Source: a virus
Taxonomy: Duplodnaviria > Heunggongvirae > Uroviricota > Caudoviricetes
Direction: 5' to 3' (one strand)
Length of the DNA stretch: 64,000 nucleotides
Virus record (IMG/VR): IMGVR_UViG_3300018481_000002
Span: 23,199 to 87,198 of that record
The position numbers were made by a program, and so were the translations under genes. Every line of letters begins with the position of its first letter. Position 1 is the stretch's first letter. The notes under the pieces are model-generated. The model was not told the origin of the DNA. It was given only the letters and a program-made list of their open reading frames with translations, and made no database searches. Positions 34,607-44,303 of the stretch are shown piece by piece.

Positions 34607-34902
34607 CAGTCCTCCGTTTCAGGCTTCTCGAACGGGATCACGTTGAAAGCCAGCAACTCCGACTCCGTGATCGACCCAGTCGGCTCACCTTCCGGCTGCC
34701 ACCAACCATCCACGGCCTCGACCTCGTCGTCCGTGGGCCATGCGTCGATCTTCCAGATGTCGTAGATCCGACCAGGCGGGAAGTCGACCTCGTAGGCATC
34801 CTGGGTTTTCTCCTGGATGACGAAACAGAACTTCTCCTCTGCGTCGGTCTCGTACACCCCGGACAGGTAGCCGTCGTAGTAGTTGTACACGTCGATCGTC
34901 AT
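34606..34902 (-). CDS. hypothetical acidic protein (98 aa)
   Basis: ORF track; TGATG coupling. Confidence 0.55.
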   Translation of the reverse strand: MTIDVYNYYDGYLSGVYETDAEEKFCFVIQEKTQDAYEVDFPPGRIYDIWKIDAWPTDDEVEAVDGWWQPEGEPTGSITESELLAFNVIPFEKPETED

Positions 34903-35117
34903 GGGAGTCCGTGTCCTTTCGGCCTGATCTGACGTAGTAGCGCCACCGGCACCACCGTCCGTCGTGCGACCTCATGCTCGTCGCAGAGGGTGGTCAGTTC
35001 GTTGTAGACGCTCAAGGCGTCACGCCGGTCTGCCTTCGCTTGGGCGAGTTCCTGCCGCAGATCGCGGATCGTTGCCTGGTGCTCCTCGATTACACGTTGT
35101 TGGCTAGCGATGCTCAC
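34899..35117 (-). CDS. hypothetical coiled-coil small protein
   Basis: ORF 34899..35252; only GTG start (GTGA overlap) gives non-overlapping gene; uncertain. Confidence 0.35.
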   Translation of the reverse strand: MSIASQQRVIEEHQATIRDLRQELAQAKADRRDALSVYNELTTLCDEHEVARRTVVPVALLRQIRPKGHGLP

Positions 35118-35335
35118 GACCACTCCACTCTGTGCTTGCCACGGTGCGTCCCAGCCGCGACCTTGCGGAACCACGACCGTGTGGCCCACGGCCACACCCA
35201 CTCGTTGCAGTAAGCCATCGGGGTGCCGTTCACCACCAACGGTTTGTTGCACTTGTGTGCCCCACGATCGCTCGCCACAGGGGAGGGTAGGACCCTGTAG
35301 TTAGGACTAGTTGGGTCCCAGGGGTTGTCGGACAT
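35114..35335 (-). CDS. hypothetical small protein (73 aa)
   Basis: ORF track. Confidence 0.4.
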   Translation of the reverse strand: MSDNPWDPTSPNYRVLPSPVASDRGAHKCNKPLVVNGTPMAYCNEWVWPWATRSWFRKVAAGTHRGKHRVEWS

Positions 35336-35528
35336 GCTCCACCTCCTGTAACGCCTTGATCTCCGCCATCGCGGCCTCTGCTTCGGCCTTCCCGCAGTTG
35401 CAAACTCCGGTCGGGTAACCCATCACCCAGGCGGTGCAGTCGTTGAACCCCTCGTACGCCTCAGCGAAGTGTTCTCGCTCGGCGTTGACCGTGATCGCCA
35501 GCCGCATCGTAGGGCTCAGCAGCGCCAT
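35307..35528 (-). CDS. hypothetical small protein (73 aa)
   Basis: ORF track. Confidence 0.45.
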   Translation of the reverse strand: MALLSPTMRLAITVNAEREHFAEAYEGFNDCTAWVMGYPTGVCNCGKAEAEAAMAEIKALQEVEHVRQPLGPN

Positions 35529-35728
35529 CAGGTCCTCCTGACCGTGAAGGTGGCCTCAACCATCTGGTGGTTGGACCACTCCACGCACTCCCCAGGCTCC
35601 GAGTGGGCCAGGGCCTCTTCGAGGGTGAACGAGTCGTGACAGTCGACACAGACCAGCTCGGGCCGGAGCCCACCGTGTTTCTCCAGCAGTTCCCCCAACA
35701 TGCGTTGGAACCTGGTGGGCGCGGCCAT
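35528..35728 (-). CDS. hypothetical small Cys protein
   Basis: ORF trimmed to MAAPTRFQRML; TGATG coupling. Confidence 0.45.
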   Translation of the reverse strand: MAAPTRFQRMLGELLEKHGGLRPELVCVDCHDSFTLEEALAHSEPGECVEWSNHQMVEATFTVRRT

Positions 35729-36048
35729 CAGGACACCTCCCATGTCGCCTTGGGCCACGCCCTCGACGCATCCCGCAGGTCGCGCAGCACCTCCAACAGG
35801 TCCTCGTACGTCCCCCACGTACCACCACCCCTGATCAGGTCACCCATCTCCGGGTGCTCCTCCAGGGTGGTCAGGGTCTTCGCCAGGATGCGAGCAGCCT
35901 TGCGACCCTTCAACCCGTGCAGGTCGTTCAGACTCCGTAGGCCAGCAGCCTCCGTGGCTGGCTGGTAGTTGTAGGTGGCGTTCCTGCTGAACAGCGAGAC
36001 CCGCGTCTCGCCGTCGTAGATGCCGATGAGGGACAGGTCGTAACTCAC
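35728..36048 (-). CDS. hypothetical protein (about 106 aa)
   Basis: GTG start with GAAGGAGAAG RBS and GTGA overlap with MTase stop; upstream ORF part is frame artefact. Confidence 0.45.
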   Translation of the reverse strand: MSYDLSLIGIYDGETRVSLFSRNATYNYQPATEAAGLRSLNDLHGLKGRKAARILAKTLTTLEEHPEMGDLIRGGGTWGTYEDLLEVLRDLRDASRAWPKATWEVS

Positions 36049-36605
36049 TTCTTCTCCTTCGTCCAGATCCCGAACAGGGAGTCCACCATGCCGTTGGAGT
36101 ACTTGCCTCCGTAGAACATTTCCTCCGTCACCTTGTAGCCGAGCTGGCGCATCTTCCATGCCTCGATCTCGATGACATGGGTCTCGTCCATGGCGAACAC
36201 GTCGGTGGTCCTGGGGTTCGGGGTGGAGAACACCACGCCACCATCGGCCATGTTGCCCATCCTGGCCACCGCCTCGTACGGCTGGTGCAGGTGCTCCAGG
36301 ATCTCCAGGCACACGAACCAGTCAGCTCGTCGTGGGGGCACCCAGGTGTCGATGTCGGTGTTGTCGATGCCACCGTCGATGGGGATGTACCGGCCACGCC
36401 ATCCGTACTCGGTGCGCAGGCAGGTGTCGAACTCGGTCCACCCGGCCCCCACATCGAAGATGGTCATGTCGTCGGTCAACCCGTGGACACTGTTGACCAT
36501 GGCGTCGATGGCGTGGCGGTACCGGATGGCACGCCATTCGTAGTGGCCGGTGCGGGCACCGAGGTAGGTGTCGCAGTTGTCCACGGTGGGAATGAAGTTG
36601 GTCAT
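36045..36605 (-). CDS. class I SAM-dependent methyltransferase
   Basis: motif I IFDVGAGWTEF; LEILEHL; AAGGAGG RBS. Confidence 0.7.
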   Translation of the reverse strand: MTNFIPTVDNCDTYLGARTGHYEWRAIRYRHAIDAMVNSVHGLTDDMTIFDVGAGWTEFDTCLRTEYGWRGRYIPIDGGIDNTDIDTWVPPRRADWFVCLEILEHLHQPYEAVARMGNMADGGVVFSTPNPRTTDVFAMDETHVIEIEAWKMRQLGYKVTEEMFYGGKYSNGMVDSLFGIWTKEKK

Positions 36606-36633
36606 GCTTTGCCTCCTTGGGCATCGTGAACGC

Positions 36634-36864
36634 TCATCGGCGTTCGGTTTTCCACTTGGTGAGGTGGCTGACCTCTGCGTATCTCGCTCCCCTGTCGGGG
36701 TTGCCAGCCAGTTGCATATCGAGGTTGCGGAGCAGGTTGTAGCGGACCTGGTTGTAAGTCAGATCCTCGTCGAGGGCGATCCTGATCAGGTACCCGCGCA
36801 TCACCAGGATGTGCTGGACCTTGGTGACCACGTAGGCCTGCCAGGCCAAGAACGCCAAGACCAA
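36634..36864 (-). CDS. hypothetical small protein (76 aa)
   Basis: ORF track; weak RBS. Confidence 0.35.
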   Translation of the reverse strand: MVLAFLAWQAYVVTKVQHILVMRGYLIRIALDEDLTYNQVRYNLLRNLDMQLAGNPDRGARYAEVSHLTKWKTERR

Positions 36865-37026
36865 GGCGTTGACGATGAGGCTAACGATGGCGGAACCTCC
36901 CTATCTTCAGGTCGTGCCCTTTGCGGCTGCCATCCCACATCCACCGCACCACCAGGGCGGCTCCCAACCCGTTGCGAACAACAGGCTGGAAGCCGACCAT
37001 CAGGTAGTGGGTGCCGATGAGTGGGA

Positions 37027-37365
37027 TCACTCGGTAGCCGAGACGCAGCGTGAATCCAGAACGCCACAGGTCTTGCACTCGGTGACGAGCCATGCCCAAC
37101 CTCCTGCCAAGTCAGATCCGGCGAGCATCTTGGCGAACTTGCCGCACTTCAGACACCGTTTCGCCCACACGGTCAGCCCGTACTTCCACAGGCTGGGCAC
37201 ATCGTCTTGCCAACGGTGCTTGCTGGCGATCTCCAAGGTGGGGAACGGGCCCCTGTCCTCGAACCAACCGTGCATCCGCATCTCGTAGCCGACAGGTGGC
37301 TGCCACGGCTCCTCACGGTCAGCGGAACAGATCCACCAACCCTTGAACATCTCCGTGATCCTCAC
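37027..37365 (-). CDS. zinc-ribbon protein (CLKCGK...CKTCG)
   Basis: ORF track. Confidence 0.5.
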   Translation of the reverse strand: MRITEMFKGWWICSADREEPWQPPVGYEMRMHGWFEDRGPFPTLEIASKHRWQDDVPSLWKYGLTVWAKRCLKCGKFAKMLAGSDLAGGWAWLVTECKTCGVLDSRCVSATE

Positions 37366-38780
37366 GAGTTCACGATCGCTTTCACGACATCCGAGCCCGT
37401 CGTCAAGTGAGCCAGGTGCTCCTGCAACGCAGCAGCAGCATCCTCGACGGTCGCGTACATCAGCTTCGGCACCAACGGCTTCCTCGCCGCCGACGACTCA
37501 GGCAGGTAGTACAACTCGAAGTCGGACGCCATCACCGCACGCCCATCGTTGGACGACCAGTACAGGAAGTGCGGGTCGAACGACCTGACCGCCTCCGTGA
37601 TCAGCCCAGGCATCCAGGCGAACAGGTTCCGGACATGAGCACGAGCAGCGTCCGCTCGTGCCTTCCGACGCCTGTCCATTTCCGCAGTGGCCTGGACAAC
37701 CAGGTCCCACATCCACGGTCCATCCCCGCCCGGCGTGAGCAAGAAGATCTCGCGGCTGTACTTGGACCACTGCACCGACCCGTTGGTATTGATGTGCTCC
37801 TCGTCCAGCAAGAACTCCGTCATCGGGTCCAGCCCACGTTCCGTGATGGCCCCGGTGATCGCCACCGCCAACAGGTTCCCGTCGATGCTCCCCGGTGCAG
37901 GGAACCTCGTACCCATGAACGCTGGTGCCCGGTCCGCCTTGAACCGGTCCAGCATCGGGTCGTCACCCTTCCCGCTGATGCTGGCCATGACCGTCGCGAT
38001 GACGTCCAAGTTGTCCCAACGCAGGTTGTGGGTGCTGGTGTACGAGTCCACCAACGCACCACGAACCCTGTTGTTCACCAGGCCCATCAACCACTTCCGA
38101 GCCCGCTTCAGCTGCTTCACCTCATCGGAGTCGGTCTCCCTGAACACCTGGTTACCGGGGATGCCACGCTCCCGTGCAGCCATCTGCTCAGCAGCCCTGT
38201 TCAGCAGGTCCAGGTCCCACTTCTGCTGCTTCGCCAGGACCTTCGCCATCGTCTCCAACGTCATCTGCGGGATGTCGTCGGCGTTCGAGCCGAGCAGACG
38301 GTTGGCCCACCGCTGCTTGCCCTTGGCAATCTTCGTGACGATCGGCACCATGTGGAACACCACTCGCCACGCCTGATCCATACGCTCAGGCTTCACCTTC
38401 ACCTTCGCGTCGGCGATCTGGTCGAACTCGATCTTGCGTGCCGCTCTGGCTCTCGCCACAGCCATACGCCGTCTCGACTTGTCCTCCCTCCCCGATGCCG
38501 CAGCAACGATCCGACCCGACTCCAGGGCGTGACCCGCTGAAGCCATCGTCTGCTCATGGACCTGCTCCATGTGCGGAACGTCGGACTCCTTGTTGATCTT
38601 CACGTCCACCTTCGTGGCCATGTTGATCGCCGGGATGTTGTCACCCGGCACGCCCTGGTTGATCTCCTCCAGGGACCGGTTGTGGTACGGGTTGTCTTCC
38701 TTGTGGCTGACCGTCTTCGCCTTCTCCTGCTCATCGAGCAAGGCGATCAGCCGTGACAGGCTCTGCGTCTTGTCGGTCAT
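37362..38780 (-). CDS. hypothetical protein (472 aa)
   Basis: ORF track; ATGA coupling both ends. Confidence 0.7.
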   Translation of the reverse strand: MTDKTQSLSRLIALLDEQEKAKTVSHKEDNPYHNRSLEEINQGVPGDNIPAINMATKVDVKINKESDVPHMEQVHEQTMASAGHALESGRIVAAASGREDKSRRRMAVARARAARKIEFDQIADAKVKVKPERMDQAWRVVFHMVPIVTKIAKGKQRWANRLLGSNADDIPQMTLETMAKVLAKQQKWDLDLLNRAAEQMAARERGIPGNQVFRETDSDEVKQLKRARKWLMGLVNNRVRGALVDSYTSTHNLRWDNLDVIATVMASISGKGDDPMLDRFKADRAPAFMGTRFPAPGSIDGNLLAVAITGAITERGLDPMTEFLLDEEHINTNGSVQWSKYSREIFLLTPGGDGPWMWDLVVQATAEMDRRRKARADAARAHVRNLFAWMPGLITEAVRSFDPHFLYWSSNDGRAVMASDFELYYLPESSAARKPLVPKLMYATVEDAAAALQEHLAHLTTGSDVVKAIVNS

Positions 38781-39235
38781 TCCTCTCGCTTCTTCCTGAT
38801 CTTCGCGACGGCCTCTTCGATGTCGACCATCTCGTCGTCACTCAGCGAAGCCAGCAGCTTCCCCAGCCGACGTTCCTTCGCGGTCGCCTTGACCTTCTCC
38901 TTGACCAGACCCCCGGTGGCTCGGCTGTCCTTGACGTGCTCGATGAACTGACCCACAGCCGCCCACACAGCCTTGTTGCGGTCGCTCCCACGTGGACCCT
39001 TGTAGAAGTCGAACACGAACTGTGCGGCGTACCTGCGGTCGCTGGTCAGGTCGTAGTTGTTCAAGATCCTGGGGTCGAACTTGATGTCCTTCACCGGCCA
39101 CTCACGAGGGTTGATGCCCTCCGGTGCGATGGTGAACTCCTCGTCGCTGGTGACGACGGGAGAGAGGGTCTCCCCTGTGGTGGGGAGTCCCAGGCTCTTG
39201 AGAAGGTCGGCCTTTTCGGCCTCGGTCTTCGCCAT
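38777..39235 (-). CDS. hypothetical protein (152 aa)
   Basis: ORF track; ctaGGAGG RBS. Confidence 0.6.
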   Translation of the reverse strand: MAKTEAEKADLLKSLGLPTTGETLSPVVTSDEEFTIAPEGINPREWPVKDIKFDPRILNNYDLTSDRRYAAQFVFDFYKGPRGSDRNKAVWAAVGQFIEHVKDSRATGGLVKEKVKATAKERRLGKLLASLSDDEMVDIEEAVAKIRKKREE

Positions 39236-39353
39236 GCTTAGCCTCCTAGGGCTTCGGTGTTACGGGTGTGCGACGTCTGCGAACGCCGCAGCCTCCTCTC
39301 TGCTGTCGAACGGTCCAGCGAACCCGACCCAGAACTTGCCGTCCTCGTCCTGG

Positions 39354-39566
39354 TCAACCACGCTGCTGCACCGCCTCGATCACCTTGGCGAGGGTGTGGT
39401 TCCCGGCAGCGAACATCTCAGCAGGGACGGTGACCCCAGCCCACAGCCACTGGAGCATGTCGACCATCCCGTACAGGTACTCCGGGTCGAGGTCGAGGTC
39501 GCTGGCGTCCAGGTCCTTGACATCGCTGCGCAGTTTCTCGATGAACTCACGCGTCAAGTCCGCCAT
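39354..39566 (-). CDS. hypothetical small protein (70 aa)
   Basis: ORF trimmed to MADLTREFIEK. Confidence 0.5.
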   Translation of the reverse strand: MADLTREFIEKLRSDVKDLDASDLDLDPEYLYGMVDMLQWLWAGVTVPAEMFAAGNHTLAKVIEAVQQRG

Positions 39567-39976
39567 CAGACGGTTTGTCCCTTGTACATGCGCTCCTGGC
39601 GGGCCAGAAACCCACGGTGGTCGATGATCCGGAGTGCGGACGTCGTCAGGACCTCCTCCGGCGAGCGACCCTCGTCGTTCTTCTTGTGGTAGTGGTGGAC
39701 GCAGAACAGGAGCTCCTCCTTGGCGTTCTCCACCGGAGGCGTCTCCCCCTCCGGCCACTCCACGGCCGTCGTGTCCACGGTCAGGGCCTCCTTGGCGATC
39801 TCCACCTGGATGTAAGCCTGAGCACCACAACGGTCGCAGCGGTGGGTGGCAGGCAGCCCCTGGTCGGCCATCTCCAAGATCTCGGCGATGTTGTCCGGGA
39901 CGATGATCTCTTCGATGGACACGTCAACCTCCCCCATAGGCTCGTTCTTGTCGGGGGTATCGGTCATGTTGGTCAC
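39566..39976 (-). CDS. zinc-binding protein (HRCDRCG...CVHHYH)
   Basis: ORF track. Confidence 0.55.
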   Translation of the reverse strand: MTNMTDTPDKNEPMGEVDVSIEEIIVPDNIAEILEMADQGLPATHRCDRCGAQAYIQVEIAKEALTVDTTAVEWPEGETPPVENAKEELLFCVHHYHKKNDEGRSPEEVLTTSALRIIDHRGFLARQERMYKGQTV

Positions 39977-40299
39977 TGGCTTGACTCCTTCAGGATGGTT
40001 GCGCGGATGGACTCGATTGCTTCTTCGAGTTCCTCTTCGGTGGCGGCATCGAACTCACTGGCGAGGACGATGCCGCCGTACGGCCACAGGGCGTAGTTGG
40101 AACGGTTGTCACGGACGCCGTCGCTCCAGTTGATGAGCACGGTCTCCTTCAGGGCAACCCGGCTCATGTCTGCGACGACGCCACGTGTCCCTGGTGGGAT
40201 GTCGGGAACCACTCCGTTGTCCCAGTGGTGCTCCAACACCACCACTTCGTCGCCCACCTTGAACGGGCACGTGTCGTGCACTCTCTCCCCCAGGCTCAT
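39973..40299 (-). CDS. small protein, TDEE-tail family (GDEVVVLEHHW; ATEEELEEAIESIRATILKESSQ)
   Basis: ORF track; ATGA coupling. Confidence 0.65.
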   Translation of the reverse strand: MSLGERVHDTCPFKVGDEVVVLEHHWDNGVVPDIPPGTRGVVADMSRVALKETVLINWSDGVRDNRSNYALWPYGGIVLASEFDAATEEELEEAIESIRATILKESSQ

Positions 40300-40634
40300 G
40301 GCGTTGGCTCCACCGCCCGTCCCAGAACACAGGTGCCGTACTCCCCGGCGCTGCTGTCGTCAGCCACCTTTAGCCAGGTGCCTCCAGCCTCGATGCACTC
40401 CAACCGCACCTCCTTGTTGATCTGGTCCTCGGTGCTTGGCCCCTTGAACGCCAGCCACAGCGCCAAGATGCTCGTGCAGGCCACCGACGCGGCGGCGATG
40501 ATCGCGAAGATCGACACCGACGTCTTCCACCTGGTCACGGACAGCTCGTGCTTGCGCTCCTTCGCTGCCTCGCTGTTGCGGATGTTCGCCAGGTCGATCT
40601 GCTGGAAGTAGTCCTCCGGGTCCAACGTGGCCAT
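40296..40634 (-). CDS. membrane protein (112 aa, 1 TM)
   Basis: VSIFAIIAAASVACTSILALWLAF. Confidence 0.55.
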   Translation of the reverse strand: MATLDPEDYFQQIDLANIRNSEAAKERKHELSVTRWKTSVSIFAIIAAASVACTSILALWLAFKGPSTEDQINKEVRLECIEAGGTWLKVADDSSAGEYGTCVLGRAVEPTP

Positions 40635-40635
40635 G

Positions 40636-41598
40636 TCAGGCCCCCAGCGACTTCAGCAGGACCTTCTTGGACACGCCCAGGTGCTTGGCCAGCGCCTTCA
40701 CCACAGCCGGGTCCGACAGGTCCATCTCTACCGCCACAGGCTCCGCCTTGGCGTTCTTCTTGGCCTTCTTCGGCTTCTCGGCGGCCTTCTCGGCAGCCAA
40801 CTGCTGGAGACGCACGTGCTCCTTCTCCAACACCCGGTACGTGGTCTCGTCCGGGTCCAACGCCACCGCGCCACGCTGCAACGCGTTCCTGGCCTTGTTG
40901 TACGGGCTGCGCTGCACCGAGTTCGCCAACTCGTCCAGTGACGACACCTCCGACAGGTCCAAGGTCGGCACCGTCACCCGGTCGTTGACTTTGAACTCCG
41001 GCAGCACGTGACCCTTGCGGCGCTTCTGCTCCGCCTTCACACCCTTCTTGTCCACCTTCTCCTCCTTCTTCTTGGCCTTCACGGCCTTCGCACGCTTCTT
41101 CTTCACCTTCACAGCCTCACGCTGCTGCATGGTCTCCACGACCAGGTCGCCGACAGCGGCGCGGGGCATCTTGTTCAGGTCGATCTGCGGCATGTTGTTC
41201 TCCTGCTTGTTGCGGTGGATGATGTCGATGCGCTGCTGCGCGATCGCCTCGAAACGCACACGGATGCGGGTGCAGTCCGTGCAGATGGCGACACGAGGCA
41301 GGTCTGGGGTGCCCTCCGGCACCTTGACCTGGACCGCCACCTCGGTGTGACAGTCGACGCACTCGGCCTTCAGGTACTCCTGCGAGTACCCCTTGGGGAT
41401 GTGCAGGGCGTCGGCTGCGGTGAGCCGACGCGGCGGGTTGGGTGCGGTGGACGCCTTCGTCACCACGAAGGGGATGTCGCCCTTCTTGCCCTGGTTGATG
41501 ACTGGCTTGGCCTTGGCCTCCAGGTCCAGGTCGGCGAGGATCTTTTGGTGGAGCTCCTGCGCCTTCTGGGTCCCGAGGATGTCGGCGATGCTGGTCAT
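40636..41598 (-). CDS. Lys-rich zinc-ribbon protein (320 aa) with ..VLLKSLGA C-terminus
   Basis: ORF trimmed to MTSIADILG with GAGGAG RBS; CVDCH...CTDC; KKKRAKAVKAKKK tract. Confidence 0.6.
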   Translation of the reverse strand: MTSIADILGTQKAQELHQKILADLDLEAKAKPVINQGKKGDIPFVVTKASTAPNPPRRLTAADALHIPKGYSQEYLKAECVDCHTEVAVQVKVPEGTPDLPRVAICTDCTRIRVRFEAIAQQRIDIIHRNKQENNMPQIDLNKMPRAAVGDLVVETMQQREAVKVKKKRAKAVKAKKKEEKVDKKGVKAEQKRRKGHVLPEFKVNDRVTVPTLDLSEVSSLDELANSVQRSPYNKARNALQRGAVALDPDETTYRVLEKEHVRLQQLAAEKAAEKPKKAKKNAKAEPVAVEMDLSDPAVVKALAKHLGVSKKVLLKSLGA

Positions 41599-41638
41599 GT
41601 TGTTCTCCTCATCGTTGTGCGGACATGCCAAGGGCAGC

Positions 41639-41673
41639 GCACCCACATGGGATGCGCTGCCCTTTGGTGTTGT
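41639..41673. terminator. perfect 12-bp hairpin AAGGGCAGCGCA-N11-TGCGCTGCCCTT followed by TGGTGTTGTT
   Basis: seen directly in 250-nt intergenic gap. Confidence 0.4.
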
Positions 41674-41851
41674 TAGCGGCGAACCAGCCGGTAAGGGCCG
41701 GACTTGGGGTACTTCCGCCCATGTAGCCACAACATCAGCCGTGCCCTCGGCCAACTCATGGGCGGCAACCGACGCGACTTGCGCCACTCACCTGGGATGT
41801 GACACCCCGAGACGCAGCGGGCACGACACTGGATCTCGTACCCGTTGCTCA

Positions 41852-42217
41852 TCAGTCGTCCTTCTTGCCCAGCTCACCCGGAGGCAACTCGGGCGAGTAG
41901 ATCCCCGGAGGCGGCTCGAACGGCTGAGCAGTCAGACCACCCAACGCCCTCTCGATGGACTCACCGATCTCCCCGGCGTCCACGTTGCCACCACCCGGAC
42001 CGTGACCCTGGTTACCGAGCAGCGCCTGCAACAGCGAAGGCAGGCCACCACCGTCGCCAGCTGGGAACGCTCCGACGCAGAACGACCCTCCGGCTTCCAC
42101 GACCTCGTACAGCGGCTCCATGAAGCGCCGGATCGCGCTGTCGTGGGGCAGACTGTCGATGAACAGGCCCCACGCCTTGATCTCGGCAGCGGGGACAGTT
42201 CCTCTGTTGACACACAT
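41852..42217 (-). CDS. hypothetical Gly/Pro-rich protein
   Basis: ORF track. Confidence 0.45.
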   Translation of the reverse strand: MCVNRGTVPAAEIKAWGLFIDSLPHDSAIRRFMEPLYEVVEAGGSFCVGAFPAGDGGGLPSLLQALLGNQGHGPGGGNVDAGEIGESIERALGGLTAQPFEPPPGIYSPELPPGELGKKDD

Positions 42218-42519
42218 CAGTTGGCCTCCTTGTTGGCCTCGTTGTTGACGAGGATGGCTTCCGCCACCTTCGTCAGGTTTGCGATATCGGTTTGGTGCGG
42301 CCAGTCAAGGTCGCTCCAGGACCCGACGCGCATGATCATGTCCTCCATCATGTCAGCCAGCGCTGACATGGCTTCGGTCGCAATTGCGTGGTGGTAGCGG
42401 CTGTTGAGCCAGACCCCGTAGACGTTGGTGTCGACCTTGGTCTGCTCTGGCCCTTCAGCCAGACGGCGGCGAAGTTCGGCCGCTGCCTTGGTGATCGTCT
42501 CCAGTTGCTCGCTCGCCAT
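42217..42519 (-). CDS. hypothetical protein (100 aa)
   Basis: ORF trimmed to MASEQLETITK; weak RBS. Confidence 0.4.
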   Translation of the reverse strand: MASEQLETITKAAAELRRRLAEGPEQTKVDTNVYGVWLNSRYHHAIATEAMSALADMMEDMIMRVGSWSDLDWPHQTDIANLTKVAEAILVNNEANKEAN

Positions 42520-42631
42520 CAGCCCACCACTGCTCTGACGACGAGCATCAGCAGCACCATGGACGCGCACCCTGCCCCGTACCCCAGCGAGAACCAAGTC
42601 GCTGGGGCAAGGTCCTCTGGTTGGAAGTCCA

Positions 42632-43189
42632 TCAGGCACCCGGCGTGACGGCGTGGTGGACGATGGTCCACAGGGTGTAGGCGTAGTTCCTGCGCCCCAT
42701 CCCAGCAGGCCATGCCATCTCCGGGGGCAACTCACCCACGGTCTCGTCCAGGGCCAGGACGGTGAACCCATAGTCGGTGGGCAGCTTGCCCGAGCGGGCC
42801 TTCACACCGTGGTCGGCAGCCACCGAAGCGGCCTTCGACCAGGACCGCATGTCGTAGCCCACGACCCCGTAGTCGGTGATCCACCACGCCATCCCGTCCT
42901 CGAAGAAGTGCGGCTCGTTCGAGATGGTCAACGGGGTGACGGTGTGCTTGACGGGCTTGGCGGGCTCCAGCAGGTCCATGTCCACCACCAGGCGAGCCTT
43001 GGCCTTCCGGGTGGTGGTGTCCTGACCGAGGATCGCGGCCAACTGCTGGTTCAGACGGTCGTCCAAAACCGACTGGTCGGCGGTGGGCAGGTCGTCCCGC
43101 TGGCTCCACCAGTCGTTGTCACGGTCTCGCAGGTGAGCGAAACCGATACCGAAGTCGGTGGCGGGTTGGCGGGTGACGGTGTCAGTCAT
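42632..43189 (-). CDS. hypothetical protein (185 aa)
   Basis: ORF trimmed to MTDTVTRQPA with AAGGAGG RBS. Confidence 0.55.
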   Translation of the reverse strand: MTDTVTRQPATDFGIGFAHLRDRDNDWWSQRDDLPTADQSVLDDRLNQQLAAILGQDTTTRKAKARLVVDMDLLEPAKPVKHTVTPLTISNEPHFFEDGMAWWITDYGVVGYDMRSWSKAASVAADHGVKARSGKLPTDYGFTVLALDETVGELPPEMAWPAGMGRRNYAYTLWTIVHHAVTPGA

Positions 43190-43448
43190 CTTGGCCTCCT
43201 TGGGCCTCGTGGTACTCGGCGTGCATCTTGTTGTAGGACGCGATGAGGAGCGCTTCCTCCTCGGTGATGGCCTGGTTGAGGACAACGATCTTCCACCAGA
43301 CTGTCTTGTCGATGGTGCAGTTCGGACATGTGCAGTGGGACAGGAACCGTTCGGGTGTGTCCCACCCCTCGTCGAACGCCTCCTCCGGGGTGCCGGTGAA
43401 GGTGGTCTTGCATGCCTCGCAGGTGTAGGTGGCCTGGGTGTCGGTCAT
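43182..43448 (-). CDS. zinc-ribbon small protein (88 aa)
   Basis: ORF trimmed to MTDTQATYTCEACK; ATGA coupling. Confidence 0.5.
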   Translation of the reverse strand: MTDTQATYTCEACKTTFTGTPEEAFDEGWDTPERFLSHCTCPNCTIDKTVWWKIVVLNQAITEEEALLIASYNKMHAEYHEAQGGQDD

Positions 43449-43912
43449 CGTCTGTGCTTCGGCGTGTAGCCACCCATCCACGTCTCCTGGCGGCGGACCA
43501 GCCAAGGTGCGTCGATCGGGTAGTAGCGGACGGCTTGGGTGCCGTCGTGGTAGATGCCAACGAACGCGATCTCGGTCTCGTTCTTTTGGAGCTGGGTGAC
43601 GAAGCACCACCTGTTCTGCCGGTTGAGGTGCTCGATCACCACCGCTCGTGGCGGTGGACCGAACACGTTCATGACCGTCCCTTCCGCGTCGTCGTCGGTG
43701 GCTGTTTCCAGCGCCCGGATGTCGGTGCGGTAGGAGTGGGGCTCAACGAGCACCAGCATCCCTTCCTCCACTAGGCGGCCACTGACCAGGATCTCCTCCA
43801 GGTCAGGGTTCACCTGGTAGTCCCTGGCCACCCACAGCCCTTTCGGGTCGTCCTTCGGTGCTGGTGTCGGGGGCTCCTCGTACACCAGGTCGGTCACTTC
43901 ACGCTCACGCAT
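43445..43912 (-). CDS. hypothetical protein (155 aa)
   Basis: ORF track. Confidence 0.55.
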   Translation of the reverse strand: MREREVTDLVYEEPPTPAPKDDPKGLWVARDYQVNPDLEEILVSGRLVEEGMLVLVEPHSYRTDIRALETATDDDAEGTVMNVFGPPPRAVVIEHLNRQNRWCFVTQLQKNETEIAFVGIYHDGTQAVRYYPIDAPWLVRRQETWMGGYTPKHRR

Positions 43913-44141
43913 TGGGGTAGTTCCTTTCGTCTTGAAGGAAGTTCTCGCCCTTGTCGGTTAGGTCGAGGAACACTCCGGTGGGGTAGGTGGGGTCGACGTA
44001 GTCCTCACGGACAGCCAACCCCTCGGCGATCAGGTGGTCACGTAGTTCGGAACCGCCTCTGACGCACTCGCCGGTCTTGTCGATCTCACGTAGCGCCCAC
44101 CACGTCTCCTGGTTGGTGTACTGCGGTTTGGTGTCAGCCAT
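43905..44141 (-). CDS. hypothetical small protein (78 aa)
   Basis: ORF trimmed to MADTKPQ. Confidence 0.5.
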   Translation of the reverse strand: MADTKPQYTNQETWWALREIDKTGECVRGGSELRDHLIAEGLAVREDYVDPTYPTGVFLDLTDKGENFLQDERNYPNA

Positions 44142-44303
44142 CGCTCTCCTTCTTGGGTGCGAGGGCACCCTTCATCTTCTGGCCGATCCGCGACTTGCGG
44201 ACCTTCTTGCGAACCTTGCGGCGGTCGAACCTGCCGACCTTGCGGAGCGCCTCGTCGTCCACATGGTCAGGCAGGGCAGCGAGCCTGCGTTCCAACTCGT
44301 TCA
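44142..44303 (-). CDS. possible 53-aa basic peptide
   Basis: unlisted ORF MNELERRLAALPDHVDDEALRKVGRFDRRKVRKKVRKSRIGQKMKGALAPKKESDG; ATGA coupling. Confidence 0.35.

Noticed and set aside
36881-37099. 72-aa minus-strand ORF
   Set aside because: It overlaps the better-supported zinc-ribbon gene 37027-37365 by 73 nt, has no RBS at any in-frame start, and is Arg/Gly-rich.
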